Source: Akkermansia muciniphila (GTDB taxonomy: Bacteria > Verrucomicrobiota > Verrucomicrobiia > Limisphaerales > SIAT01). Taken from it: DNA of 64,000 nt. The stretch is taken from contig CAMDJP010000001.1 in assembly GCA_945900775.1 (NCBI GenBank), forward strand, positions 81,822 through 145,821. The letters are read 5' to 3'. The notes beneath the pieces were generated by a model. It was not told where the DNA came from, ran no database searches, and saw only the letters and a list, made by a program, of their open reading frames with translations. Of the stretch, positions 1-9,529 are shown piece after piece. Each line of letters starts with the position of its first letter. Position 1 is the stretch's first letter. Made by a program: the position numbers and the translations under genes.

Positions 1-1954
1 CTTTCGCAGCCATCGGCGCGTCGTTGAGCGAAGCCATTCTGAAAGCCGCCGGCGCGCCTTGCACAAGGCTGCCTTCCATCTGCACCAGTTCGGTCACAAT
101 CCGGTCGAAGGGCAATCCGTCGCTGAACGATTGGTGCAGCCACCAACGGAATGGGCCGGAGTTGTTGAGGTCGGCCTTCACGATACCGGGGTTTTCGGCC
201 AGCACGTCCTGCCAGTAGCTCACCCAGTGGTCGGCCCAGCCGGGGTGCGCGAGCAGTCGCTCGATGGCACGCGTGCGGCGAGTGGCGGATGGTTCGGCGA
301 GAAAAGATCGAATCTCGTCCGGCGTGGGAACGAGGCCGATAGTGTCGAGTGTGAGCCGGCGCAGGAATTCCAAGTCCTCCGTGAGCGCGGTGGGCTTGGT
401 CTTACCAGCAGCAATGCGGGTGTTGATGAAACGATCGATTGCATTAGACTCCGGCAGACCGGCAACGGCGGAGGGAAGCGCTATTGGAGGTAGGCTGCGC
501 GTGCGCTCCCGCACTTGGGCATGGTAACGCTCCCACGCACCAATGACCGAATCGCTCACCTCGCGGCGGCGGTGCGCATCGGCAAGGCGATGGCGTTCAG
601 CCTGCACGTTGGCGAAGTATTCCCATGATGCTTCGTCCAGCAGTGGCGCGTCCGGCGTCCCCAGTAAACGAGGCATCTCGCCCGGCTTACCAATCGCGAC
701 GGAAAGCTCGCCCGGTGTCGGCGTCAACCCTTTACCGCCGATTAACGCAACGAGCGTGACGGTGCGTGGTGAACCATCGAGTTTTACCGTGGCAGTGGCT
801 TCCTGATGCGAATAATGCGCGATGTGCAAGTCGACGACATCGGGCTTGAGTAACTCGGGCACATCCTCGTGACCATCGGAAGCCGCTTTTTGAGGCTTGG
901 TGGTGAGCACCAGTTGGTCGCCGACGAAAAGCCGTGCGGCACCTTTGGCGCGGAGGCGCAGCTTGTATTCACCGGCGGGACGGACAATCTCGGTGCGAGC
1001 GAGGAGTACGAACGGTGAAGATCGGTCGAGCGGCAGGGCATTGGCGGAATACTTCATCGGTAGCCGCGTGAAGGCCGTCGCCGACTCGCGATACTCCGTG
1101 ATAGCGTGGACGTTTTCCAAGTCGAGCTCTGCGCCCTTCGGCAAATCTTCAAAGAGTTGGACGAGTACAGGCCCATTCGCGAGTTGTGGAGCGGTCTCCT
1201 TTTGATTGGCTGACGCAGGCTTTGGAAGTTTTGCTTCGCGCGCCGGTTTGGCAGCGATGGCAGCATCTCCAGCAAGTTGCGTGATGCGGATTTCGCCGAG
1301 GCTGAAGCTGTGGTCGTCACCGGCGTTCGAGGCACTGCCACCGAAGTGCAGGACGGGATGTGAGCCCTTACGGTCGTTTCGGAAGCGCAGGCCGGTCTCG
1401 GAGAAGCTCTTTAGGCCGTCGCTAATGCTCGCGCTGTAAACCCCGGCAGCTGGGTCCACCGTGACGCTGAAGGAATAGACCGCTCCCGGCACGAGCGAGA
1501 GACCGGTGCTGACCATGTTCTCCTTCTTAAAATCGCCGTCATCCTGCCTGTCGAAGAAGAACCATTTCCCCTCGTGCACCTCGCGGTCGGGTTCACTGGC
1601 GGCCGCAATGCCGATGAGCCATGCGCTACTGGCATTCGAGCCGCCTTGCGGTTGGTCCGCAGAAAAGAAGTTGATCCGGTCGTTGAACGAATTGCCGAAG
1701 TCGCCGGGCTTGCCGTCAAATCGCCAGCGCCATTCGATACGGTGGGGTTTGGCGGGATCGAAGCTCGTTGTCTTGGTGAAGGCGCGGCGTAGCGCGCGGT
1801 TGCCGGCATTGGTGAAGCGGGCGGAGAGTGCTGGAGTAGTATCGCCCGCAAGGGGTTTGTCCGTAAGGTTGGTCTTAGCTGCACCGGCAATCTGCCATTC
1901 CGCCGCGGCCGCCAATGGCGTGAGGAGGGAGATCAAAGCTGACAGGCAGGCCAT
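1..1954 (-). CDS. Secreted PSD-family protein, 5' part of the gene (runs off the left edge): signal peptide, jelly-roll-like region, DUF1549 domain
   Basis: Hand translation of the minus strand from ATG 1954-1952 gives an open frame down to position 2 (about 651 codons). It starts MACLSALISLLTPLAAAAEW. It ends with LRRLTLDTIGLVPTPDEIRSFLAEPSATRRTRAIERLLAHPGWADHWVSYWQDVLAENPG, the same signature block as the 23963-26419 protein. It is absent from the supplied track because no stop codon lies inside the window. Confidence 0.75.
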   Translation of the reverse strand, partial: MACLSALISLLTPLAAAAEWQIAGAAKTNLTDKPLAGDTTPALSARFTNAGNRALRRAFTKTTSFDPAKPHRIEWRWRFDGKPGDFGNSFNDRINFFSADQPQGGSNASSAWLIGIAAASEPDREVHEGKWFFFDRQDDGDFKKENMVSTGLSLVPGAVYSFSVTVDPAAGVYSASISDGLKSFSETGLRFRNDRKGSHPVLHFGGSASNAGDDHSFSLGEIRITQLAGDAAIAAKPAREAKLPKPASANQKETAPQLANGPVLVQLFEDLPKGAELDLENVHAITEYRESATAFTRLPMKYSANALPLDRSSPFVLLARTEIVRPAGEYKLRLRAKGAARLFVGDQLVLTTKPQKAASDGHEDVPELLKPDVVDLHIAHYSHQEATATVKLDGSPRTVTLVALIGGKGLTPTPGELSVAIGKPGEMPRLLGTPDAPLLDEASWEYFANVQAERHRLADAHRRREVSDSVIGAWERYHAQVRERTRSLPPIALPSAVAGLPESNAIDRFINTRIAAGKTKPTALTEDLEFLRRLTLDTIGLVPTPDEIRSFLAEPSATRRTRAIERLLAHPGWADHWVSYWQDVLAENPGIVKADLNNSGPFRWWLHQSFSDGLPFDRIVTELVQMEGSLVQGAPAAFRMASLNDAPMAAK

Positions 1955-2120
1955 TTGAACAAGCTTGCGGTAGCGGCGTCTCACGATACGGGAATGCTAG
2001 CCATTTCGACCTGCTCGACAAGAAGGATTTACTCGAGCACGCAGAGTGAAACTTTTGGCAACCTTGTGTCGTCTGCTGCATTCGGTTAGGCTCGGCCGAT
2101 TGATTTTCAGGAGAGATATT

Positions 2121-4025
2121 TTGAAGAAGTGGATTTTCATATTAGCAATCGCGCTGACCTTGGCCGGCGGGGCAGGGGACTCCCGAGCTGCCGAAGCGGA
2201 GTCGGCGACCTACCAGAAAGATGTCCTGCCGCTGTTGCAGAAGTATTGTTACGGCTGCCACGGAAATGGCCGGCGCAAGGCCGACTTGGCACTCGACGCC
2301 TTCAAGAACGAAGCCGACATTCTCAAGCAGCACGAGGTCTGGCAGAAGGTCGCACAAAATCTTACTGCAAATGAAATGCCGCCGCGCGGTCAGACAATCC
2401 CTAAGCCGACGTCTGCCGAGCGCGATCTGCTGGTGAAATGGGTGCAGGGAACCTTGGAGAAGCATTATCGCTCCGCACGCCCGGACCCCGGTCGCGTTAC
2501 CGTGCGCCGCCTCAACCGGCAGGAATACAACAACACGATGCGCGACCTGCTGGACGTCGACATCCGGCCGGCGGACGAATTTCCCGAGGACGACACCGGC
2601 TACGGTTTCGACACCATCGGCGATGTGCTCTCCATCTCGCCGTTGCTCATGGAAAAATACCTCGCCGCAGCTGAGAAGGCGCTGGATAAAGCTATCGTCC
2701 TCCCAGTGAAAGGGGCGAAGGGGGCGGCACTGCCCGAATCGCACAAGCGGATTTTCTTCCGCTCATGGACCGCCTCCAGCAAGACCAACGCAGCACAGGA
2801 GATCATCAACACTTTCGCCAAACGCGCCTTTCGACGTCCCGTCGCGCCGCAGGAAACTGAGCGTTACCTCCGGCTTGTTGCGATGGCCGAGGAGCAAAAC
2901 GAGCCGTTCGAGAAAGGCATCAAGCTAGCCCTGCAAGCGATGCTTGCTTCGCCTCATTTCCTCTTCCGCTGGGAACTCGACGGCGAGCCCGGCAATTCGA
3001 AGGCGACCCGCACGCTGAATGAACACGAACTGGCCGCGCGCCTCTCGTACTTCCTCTGGAGCTCGATGCCGGATGACCGCCTCTTTGACCTAGCGAACAA
3101 GAGTCAACTCCGCCGCAACCTCGATGCTGAGGTGCGCCGCATGCTGAAGGACCCGAAGGCTGGAGCGCTGGTGGAGAATTTCGCCGGCCAGTGGCTCCAG
3201 CTCCGCAACCTGCGCGCGGTCACACCCGATCCGACCATCTTTCCTAGCTTCACTGACAAGCTACGCGACGACATGCGGCGTGAGACCGAGCTCTTCTTCG
3301 CCTACATTATGCGCGAAGACCGGAGCGTGCTGGAGTTCATCAAGGCCGACTACACCTTTGTGAACGAGCGCCTCGGGCAGTTTTACGGTGTCGGACGCGT
3401 CAAGGGTGAGCAGTTCCAGAAAGTCTCGCTCGCCGGTACAGCGCGCGGCGGTCTGCTCACGCAGGCGAGCGTACTTACCCTCACCTCGAATCCCACGCGC
3501 ACCTCGCCGGTAAAGCGCGGAAAGTACGTCCTCGAAAATATCCTCGGCACGCCGCCGCCGCCGCCGCCGCCGAACGTACCGGAGTTGAACGAGGAGAAAG
3601 CGCTCACCGGCAACCTTCGCCAACAGATGGAGCAGCACCGGGCGAACCCAACCTGCGCCTCATGCCATTCGAGGATGGACCCGATCGGATTCGGCTTTGA
3701 GAACTTCAACGGCATCGGTATTTGGCGCGAGACGGACGGCGGTCAGCCAATCAACGCCGCCGATGCGTTGCCGAGCGGCCAACAGTTCAGCGGACCGGTT
3801 GCGCTGGTAAACGTCCTGCTTTCGCGCAAGGCCGACTTCGCCCGCTGCCTCTCCGAGAAGATGCTCACCTACGCCACCGGCCGCGGCCTCGAGTTCTACG
3901 ATACACGCACAATCGAGGACATCGCCCGGCAGTTGGAAAAGGACAACTACCGTTTTTCGTCGCTCATCCTCGGCGTGGTAAAGAGCTTGCCCTTTGATAT
4001 GAAGCGCGGCGACGGGAAGAAGTAG
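2121..4025 (+). CDS. DUF1592/DUF1588-family secreted protein with N-terminal cytochrome-c-like CxxCH motif (PVC PSD family)
   Basis: Track ORF 2046-4025. It contains CYGCHG, a long conserved body and the PPPPPPPNVPEL block typical of this family. I prefer the TTG start at 2121 (MKKWIFILAIALTLAGGAG signal peptide) preceded by AGGAGA at 2109-2114. The track start at 2046 adds a non-signal-like extension. Confidence 0.85.
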   Translation: MKKWIFILAIALTLAGGAGDSRAAEAESATYQKDVLPLLQKYCYGCHGNGRRKADLALDAFKNEADILKQHEVWQKVAQNLTANEMPPRGQTIPKPTSAERDLLVKWVQGTLEKHYRSARPDPGRVTVRRLNRQEYNNTMRDLLDVDIRPADEFPEDDTGYGFDTIGDVLSISPLLMEKYLAAAEKALDKAIVLPVKGAKGAALPESHKRIFFRSWTASSKTNAAQEIINTFAKRAFRRPVAPQETERYLRLVAMAEEQNEPFEKGIKLALQAMLASPHFLFRWELDGEPGNSKATRTLNEHELAARLSYFLWSSMPDDRLFDLANKSQLRRNLDAEVRRMLKDPKAGALVENFAGQWLQLRNLRAVTPDPTIFPSFTDKLRDDMRRETELFFAYIMREDRSVLEFIKADYTFVNERLGQFYGVGRVKGEQFQKVSLAGTARGGLLTQASVLTLTSNPTRTSPVKRGKYVLENILGTPPPPPPPNVPELNEEKALTGNLRQQMEQHRANPTCASCHSRMDPIGFGFENFNGIGIWRETDGGQPINAADALPSGQQFSGPVALVNVLLSRKADFARCLSEKMLTYATGRGLEFYDTRTIEDIARQLEKDNYRFSSLILGVVKSLPFDMKRGDGKK

Positions 4026-4079
4026 GATTGACCGCTTGTTTTATTGAAACTTTTTGGGTAAGTTGACGTCAGTTACTGC

Positions 4080-5426
4080 ATGAGAAAAAGTTGGCACATC
4101 CAACGTCGCACTTTCCTCCGAGGACTCGGGACGGCTATGGCGCTCCCGGTACTGGAGCAAATGCTCTCGGCGAAAACTCTCGCTGCGGATGGCGCGAAAG
4201 CTTTCCCGAAGCGGGTCGCCTTCCTTTACATCCCCAACGGGGCGAACATGAGCGACTGGACGCCGAAAGCCGTCGGCTCTAATTTCCAGCTTCCGTACAT
4301 CCTCCAACCCCTCCAAGCGTACCAGAGCCACTTGGCTGTGCTGACCGGCCTCGCGCACGACAAGGCCCGTGCCAATGGCGACGGCGCCGGCGATCACGCC
4401 CGAGCGAACGCAACCTTCCTTACCGGCTGCCAAGCGCGCAAGACCAGTGGCGCCGATATCAAGATTGGCGTTTCGGTGGACCAAATCGCCGCGAACAAAA
4501 TCGGCGCAGCGACGCGCTTTCCGTCACTCGAACTGAGCAGTGACGGTCAGCGACTCTCCGGCAACTGCGATTCCGGCTACAGCTGCGCCTACCAGTTCAA
4601 CCTCGCATGGAAGAGCGAGAACACGCCCGCCCCTCCAGAATCGAATCCGCGCGCTGTTTTCGATCGCCTTTTCGCCAACCAGAAGAAGGTCGAGATGACA
4701 GCCAGTCGCGCCCTGCGCGACCGCTACCAGAAGAGCGTCCTCGACTTCGTGCTGGAAGATGCCAACAGCCTTCGCGGGAAACTTGGCTCCACTGACAAGC
4801 GCAAACTCGACGAATACATGACCGCCGTTCGTGAGGTGGAACAGCGCATGCAAGCGGCTGCCGCCACGCCGGCCAACCTGCCGCCGGGCTACGTGATGCC
4901 GATCGGCAAGCCGAACGACAACGAAGCGCATATCCGCCTGATGCTGGACATGCTTGCGCTAGCGTTCCAGACCGACTCTACGCGCGTTATCACCTATCTC
5001 CTCGCCCACGACGGCAGCAACCGGAGCTATCCGCTGCTCGGTATCAGGGAAGGGCACCACGAGATTTCGCATCACGGCAACAATGACCAGAAGAAGCAGA
5101 AGATTGCGAAGATCAATCGATTCCACACGACCCAACTCGCCTATCTTCTCGGCAAGCTCAAGGCGGTCAAGGAAGGCGACGGCACGCTACTCGATAACTG
5201 CATGATCGTTTACGGCGGCGGCATCGGCGACGGCAACCGCCATAATCACAATGACCTGCCCGTCCTTCTGCTTGGCAAGGGTGGCGGGACCGTCAAATCT
5301 GGTCGCCATCTTCGCTTCGCGGACAACACCCCGATGACTAACCTTTATCTCTCGATGCTCGACCGGATGAATGTGCCCGCCGAGCGTATCGGCGACAGCA
5401 CCGGCCGCCTCGAAGGCTTGTCCTAA
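4080..5426 (+). CDS. DUF1552-family protein (Tat-type signal), usual partner of DUF1592 proteins
   Basis: 448 aa. The N-terminus RRTFLRGLGTAMALPVL is twin-arginine-like and an HHEISHHG block is present. It starts 54 nt downstream of the DUF1592 gene on the same strand. Confidence 0.85.
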   Translation: MRKSWHIQRRTFLRGLGTAMALPVLEQMLSAKTLAADGAKAFPKRVAFLYIPNGANMSDWTPKAVGSNFQLPYILQPLQAYQSHLAVLTGLAHDKARANGDGAGDHARANATFLTGCQARKTSGADIKIGVSVDQIAANKIGAATRFPSLELSSDGQRLSGNCDSGYSCAYQFNLAWKSENTPAPPESNPRAVFDRLFANQKKVEMTASRALRDRYQKSVLDFVLEDANSLRGKLGSTDKRKLDEYMTAVREVEQRMQAAAATPANLPPGYVMPIGKPNDNEAHIRLMLDMLALAFQTDSTRVITYLLAHDGSNRSYPLLGIREGHHEISHHGNNDQKKQKIAKINRFHTTQLAYLLGKLKAVKEGDGTLLDNCMIVYGGGIGDGNRHNHNDLPVLLLGKGGGTVKSGRHLRFADNTPMTNLYLSMLDRMNVPAERIGDSTGRLEGLS

Positions 5427-5448
5427 CCTTCCGCGCATCCCTATCGAA

Positions 5449-5478
5449 AGCCGGGGCGAAACTCGTCTCGGCTTTTTT
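5449..5478 (+). terminator. Rho-independent terminator after the DUF1552 gene
   Basis: AGCCGGGGCG-AAACT-CGTCTCGGCT forms a 10-bp stem (two G.U pairs) at 5449-5473, followed by TTTTT at 5474-5478. It starts 23 nt after the stop codon. Confidence 0.7.
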
Positions 5479-5677
5479 GTTGCGCCACTTCTGCTGCGAC
5501 AAAGACAGGCTTTGGTTGGTCTCAAAGACTGCTGCACAGATCTCGCCAAGAACGTCGCAACGCTTCGAACCCCGCTCAATAATATCCGCGCATGGGGGGC
5601 AGCAGCGCAGAAGTGGAAGTAGTCAAAACAGAGAACACCAAACTATCGCGGTGCCACGTCGAAATCCGGTCCCGATT

Positions 5678-6613
5678 TCAAACCGACTTCACTCCGCTTC
5701 CGAGAACGGTTTTAAAATGTGGCGGCTGATCTTCGCTGGCCACGACGCTGATTTCGATTTTCTTGAACCCAGCCACTTCCAGCCATCGGTGCAGGTCGCT
5801 CTCCGCAAAGCCTAGCCAGCGATCGCCATACAGTTGACGCGCTTCTTCGAAATTATGCTGAAGCAAATCGAGGAGCATCAAATGGCCGCCGGGTTTCAGA
5901 ATGCTATGAGCGGCTGCAATCGCCTTCGCCGGATCCTCGGCGTGATGCAGCGCCTGGCTGAGGATGACGAGATCCACGCTATTGGGATCGATGGGGGGAG
6001 ATTGTAGATTGCCGAGACGAAACTCGAGATTCTTGAGGCCGTTCTTCTTCGCCTTGGTCGTGCCGAAGGCGACCATCTTCTCCGAGTTGTCGACTGCGAT
6101 GACCTTTTTGCAGCGCCGCGCGAGCAATTCGCTTAGCAAGCCCTCACCGGAACCGAGGTCAGCCACCACAATGGGCGGCAAGATACGCAGGAGCAGGTGC
6201 CCGAACGCCTGCCATGAGCGCCCGGGGCCGTAGCTGCGGTCGAACCGCCCAGCTACCTGATTGAAATAAACCTGCGCCTGCTGCTGGCGCCGGGCGAGCA
6301 CGCGCTTGAGGTTGAGCTGGTCGTCGGCGTAGTGGCTCTCCTCTTTGGCGCCCCGCACGGCGAGTTGGATAAACTCTCTCGCCGGAGTGTCGGCGTCGCT
6401 GCGCCATTTGTAAAAGGCTCGCTTGCCCTCGCGCCGCGATTCGAGCAGGTCGGCCTCTTGTAACAGTCCGAGGTGGGTGGAAATACGCGATTGCCCCATA
6501 CGCATGATTTCCTGCAGTTCGTTCACAGAGAGCGCCTCCCGCTCCAGCAACGCGACGATGCGTAGGCGGGTCGGGTCGGCGAGGGCGCGAAGCGATTTGA
6601 GCGTGGACGACAT
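5678..6613 (-). CDS. sahR: ArsR-type wHTH fused to a SAM-dependent methyltransferase fold; SahR-like (S-adenosylhomocysteine-responsive) regulator candidate
   Basis: N-terminus LRALADPTRLRIVALLEREALSVNELQEIMRMGQSRISTHLGLLQEADLL is an ArsR-type HTH. The C-terminal half has methyltransferase motif I, VVADLGSGEGLL. It is divergent from metK-ahcY. The ATG at 6613 (MSSTLKSL) is preferred over the TTG at 6631 used by the track. Confidence 0.65.
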   Translation of the reverse strand: MSSTLKSLRALADPTRLRIVALLEREALSVNELQEIMRMGQSRISTHLGLLQEADLLESRREGKRAFYKWRSDADTPAREFIQLAVRGAKEESHYADDQLNLKRVLARRQQQAQVYFNQVAGRFDRSYGPGRSWQAFGHLLLRILPPIVVADLGSGEGLLSELLARRCKKVIAVDNSEKMVAFGTTKAKKNGLKNLEFRLGNLQSPPIDPNSVDLVILSQALHHAEDPAKAIAAAHSILKPGGHLMLLDLLQHNFEEARQLYGDRWLGFAESDLHRWLEVAGFKKIEISVVASEDQPPHFKTVLGSGVKSV

Positions 6614-6696
6614 TGTATTTCTGGTAACCAACCTGACGCGTAACTACTTCAGGATTGACGACTGGACATAGTTATATATCTTCAAATCGTGATGCG

Positions 6697-6712
6697 TCAA
6701 TATGAACATTGA
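6697..6712. promoter_or_regulatory. Inverted repeat TCAAT-N6-ATTGA in the sahR/metK divergent intergenic region; candidate operator
   Basis: TCAATATGAACATTGA has 5-bp perfect arms and sits 29 nt upstream of the metK ATG. It is the only clear dyad in the 127-nt spacer. Its function is inferred from position only. Confidence 0.25.
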
Positions 6713-6740
6713 TTAACGCGCTTAGGAAAAGGAATTCTTT

Positions 6741-7916
6741 ATGAGTAAAAACTACATCTTCTCCTCCGAGTCCGTCGGCGAGGGGCACCCGGACAAAGTT
6801 GCGGACACGATTTCTGACGCCGTCCTCGACGCTTGCCTCGCACAGGATAAATACAGCCGCGTGGCGTGCGAGACTTACGTGAAGAGCAACCTCGTCGTGG
6901 TCGGCGGGGAGATTACCACGAAGGCGAAGCTCGACTTCAACGCCATCGCTCGAGCTGCTATCCGCGAGATCGGCTACACGCATGATGACGACGTGTTCCA
7001 CGCGGACAAGGTGCTCATCATGAACGCCGTCACATCCCAATCGCCCGACATCGCCCAAGGTGTCGACGCGAAAGCCGCCGATGGCAAGGAGACAGAGGAA
7101 CAGGGCGCCGGCGACCAGGGGTTGATGTTTGGCTACGCCTGCAATGAGACGCCAGAGCTCATGCCAGCGCCGATCATGTTTGCACACCATCTCGGGCGCG
7201 AGCTGACCCGCCTGCGTAAGATCGGCGCCGCCAAGTGGCTCCGACCGGACGCCAAGAGCCAGGTCTCCGTGCAATATGTGAACGACCAAGTCGTGCGCAT
7301 CACGAACGTCGTCATCTCCACTCAGCACGCGCATGATGTGAAGAACAAGACGATCCGCGACTTCATCAAGAACGAAGTCATCCTCAAGGTTCTACCCGCC
7401 CACTTGCTCGACAAGAAAACCCAGTTCCTCATCAACCCCACCGGTCGTTTCGTTGTCGGCGGGCCGCAGGGCGACACAGGTTTGACCGGTCGTAAAATCA
7501 TCGTGGACAGCTATGGCGGCATGGGTCGGCATGGCGGCGGCGCGTTCTCAGGCAAGGACCCGAGCAAGGTGGACCGCAGTGCGGCTTACATGGGTCGCTA
7601 CGTCGCGAAGAACATCGTGGCCGCCGGCCTGGCGACTAGCGCGGAGATTCAGTTCGCCTACGCCATTGGCCATCCCGATCCCGTCAGCGTGTGCGTGAAT
7701 ACCTTCGGCACCGGCGTGGTGAGCGACGAAACTATTGAGAAGGCCGTCTGTGAAGTGTTCAACTTCAAGCCCGCCGCCATCGTCCGGCAACTCAATCTGC
7801 TCCGCCCCATCTACGGCAAAACGACCAACTACGGTCACTTCGGCAAGGTTGGCGACAAAGACCTCACTTGGGAAGCCACGGACAAGGTCAATGCCCTGCA
7901 GAAAGCGGCGAAGTGA
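6741..7916 (+). CDS. metK: S-adenosylmethionine synthetase
   Basis: 391 aa starting [33 protein letters not shown], with [12 protein letters not shown] and [19 protein letters not shown] blocks. Confidence 0.97.
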   Translation: MSKNYIFSSESVGEGHPDKVADTISDAVLDACLAQDKYSRVACETYVKSNLVVVGGEITTKAKLDFNAIARAAIREIGYTHDDDVFHADKVLIMNAVTSQSPDIAQGVDAKAADGKETEEQGAGDQGLMFGYACNETPELMPAPIMFAHHLGRELTRLRKIGAAKWLRPDAKSQVSVQYVNDQVVRITNVVISTQHAHDVKNKTIRDFIKNEVILKVLPAHLLDKKTQFLINPTGRFVVGGPQGDTGLTGRKIIVDSYGGMGRHGGGAFSGKDPSKVDRSAAYMGRYVAKNIVAAGLATSAEIQFAYAIGHPDPVSVCVNTFGTGVVSDETIEKAVCEVFNFKPAAIVRQLNLLRPIYGKTTNYGHFGKVGDKDLTWEATDKVNALQKAAK

Positions 7917-8005
7917 TTCCTCGCTAGAGGGATGAACAGTTCAAGTCTTACGATACCAACCCTTTTTAACCAAACGTCTCTTTAACCTCTCACCAAAAAA
8001 CTACT

Positions 8006-9433
8006 ATGGCAAAAAAAACTGCTACCAAAGCCGACTACAAAGTCAAAGACCTCAGCCTCGCTGATTGGGGTCGTAAGGAACTCGACATCGCCGAGCACGA
8101 GATGCCCGGCCTCATGGCGATCCGCGAGAAACACGCGAAGAGGAAACCACTCAAGGGCGTTCGTATCACCGGCTCGCTCCACATGACTATCCAAACTGGC
8201 GTGCTCATCGAGACGCTGGTGGCCTTAGGCGCGTCCGTTCGCTGGGCGAGTTGCAATATCTTCTCCACGCAAGATCATGCGGCTGCCGCGATCGCTGCCG
8301 CTGGCATCCCCGTCTTCGCATGGAAGGGCGAGACCTTGGAAGAATATTGGTGGTGCACCGAGCGCGCGCTCGACCACGGTGATGGTAAAGGCCCCGAGTT
8401 GATTGTAGACGACGGCGGCGACGCCACCCTGCTCATCCACAAAGGCTACGAGTTGGAAAATGGCGACGGCTGGGTCAACTCCTCGAGCGACAATCACGAG
8501 GTCAAGGTCATCAAAAACCTCCTCAAGTCCATGGCAAAGAAGCGTGGAAACGGTTACTGGCACAGCATCGTCGCCGCGTGGAAGGGTGTCTCCGAAGAGA
8601 CCACCACCGGCGTCCACCGGCTCTACCAAATGCTCGAACAGCGCAAGCTTCTCGTCCCCGCCATCAACGTCAACGACTCCACTACCAAAGCGAAGTTTGA
8701 CAACCTCTACGGCTGTCGTCACTCGCTCGTGGACGGTCTCAACCGCGCCATGGACGTCATGATTTCTGGCAAGGTCGCTGTAGTCTGCGGCTACGGCGAC
8801 GTCGGCAAGGGCAGCGCCCAGTCACTTCGTGGTCAGGGCGCGCGAGTCATCGTGACCGAGATTGACCCCATCTGCGCACTACAGGCAGCGATGGAAGGCT
8901 ACGAAGTTACCACCATCGAAGACACCCTCGGTCGCGCTGATATCTACATCACCACCACCGGCAACAAGGACATCCTCACGCTGGAGCACATGGCGAAGAT
9001 GAAGGACCAAGCCGTTGTCGCGAACATCGGCCACTTCGACAACGAAATCCAAGTCGACCGCCTGAATAAGGCTAGGGGCGTGAAGCGCAAGAACATTAAA
9101 CCACAGGTGGACCAATACACCTTTGCTGACGGCCACAGCATCTTCATGCTTGCCGAGGGGCGGCTCGTGAATCTGGGCTGCGCCACCGGTCACCCCAGCT
9201 TCGTCATGTCCAATTCCTTCTCGAACCAGGTACTCGCCCAGCTGGACCTATGGACAAACAAGGACACCTACAAAGTCGGCGTCTATCGACTGAGCAAGAA
9301 GCTTGATGAGGAAGTCGCCCGCCTGCACTTGGAGAAAATCGGCGTGAAACTCACCAAGCTCACGAACGACCAATCGCAATATCTCGGCGTGCCGATTGCC
9401 GGCCCCTACAAGCCAGAACACTACCGCTACTAA
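8006..9433 (+). CDS. ahcY: Adenosylhomocysteinase
   Basis: 475 aa with [28 protein letters not shown], an NAD-binding GYGDVGKG motif and C-terminal PYKPEHYRY. Confidence 0.97.
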   Translation: MAKKTATKADYKVKDLSLADWGRKELDIAEHEMPGLMAIREKHAKRKPLKGVRITGSLHMTIQTGVLIETLVALGASVRWASCNIFSTQDHAAAAIAAAGIPVFAWKGETLEEYWWCTERALDHGDGKGPELIVDDGGDATLLIHKGYELENGDGWVNSSSDNHEVKVIKNLLKSMAKKRGNGYWHSIVAAWKGVSEETTTGVHRLYQMLEQRKLLVPAINVNDSTTKAKFDNLYGCRHSLVDGLNRAMDVMISGKVAVVCGYGDVGKGSAQSLRGQGARVIVTEIDPICALQAAMEGYEVTTIEDTLGRADIYITTTGNKDILTLEHMAKMKDQAVVANIGHFDNEIQVDRLNKARGVKRKNIKPQVDQYTFADGHSIFMLAEGRLVNLGCATGHPSFVMSNSFSNQVLAQLDLWTNKDTYKVGVYRLSKKLDEEVARLHLEKIGVKLTKLTNDQSQYLGVPIAGPYKPEHYRY

Positions 9434-9472
9434 ACTGCGCCAGCGTGCGCGGCTTCAGAATTCAGAAAGCAC

Positions 9473-9505
9473 AAAGGCCGGGCATTAAGCCCGGCCTTTT
9501 ATTTT
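9473..9505. terminator. Bidirectional intrinsic terminator between convergent ahcY and leuD-like genes
   Basis: AAAGGCCGGGC-ATTAA-GCCCGGCCTTT forms an 11-bp perfect stem at 9473-9499, followed by TTTTATTTT on the plus strand. An A/T-rich flank lies on the other side. Confidence 0.75.
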
Positions 9506-9529
9506 CCAAAATAAGCGAGCACCTCGTAG

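Noticed and set aside
4064-4071. TGACGTCA palindrome between the DUF1592 and DUF1552 genes
   Set aside because: It is only 8 bp and the flanks are not symmetric, so it is too short to call a regulatory site.
5479-5677. ~200-nt non-coding spacer between convergent DUF1552 and sahR genes, with inverted repeats (CCACTTCTGC 5485-5494 with GCAGAAGTGG 5607-5616; TGCGAC 5495-5500 with GTCGCA 5554-5559)
   Set aside because: The pairings are short. They are ambiguous in register because of repeated GCAGC units, and they do not build a consistent larger fold. This is probably just 3' UTR or terminator-region sequence.
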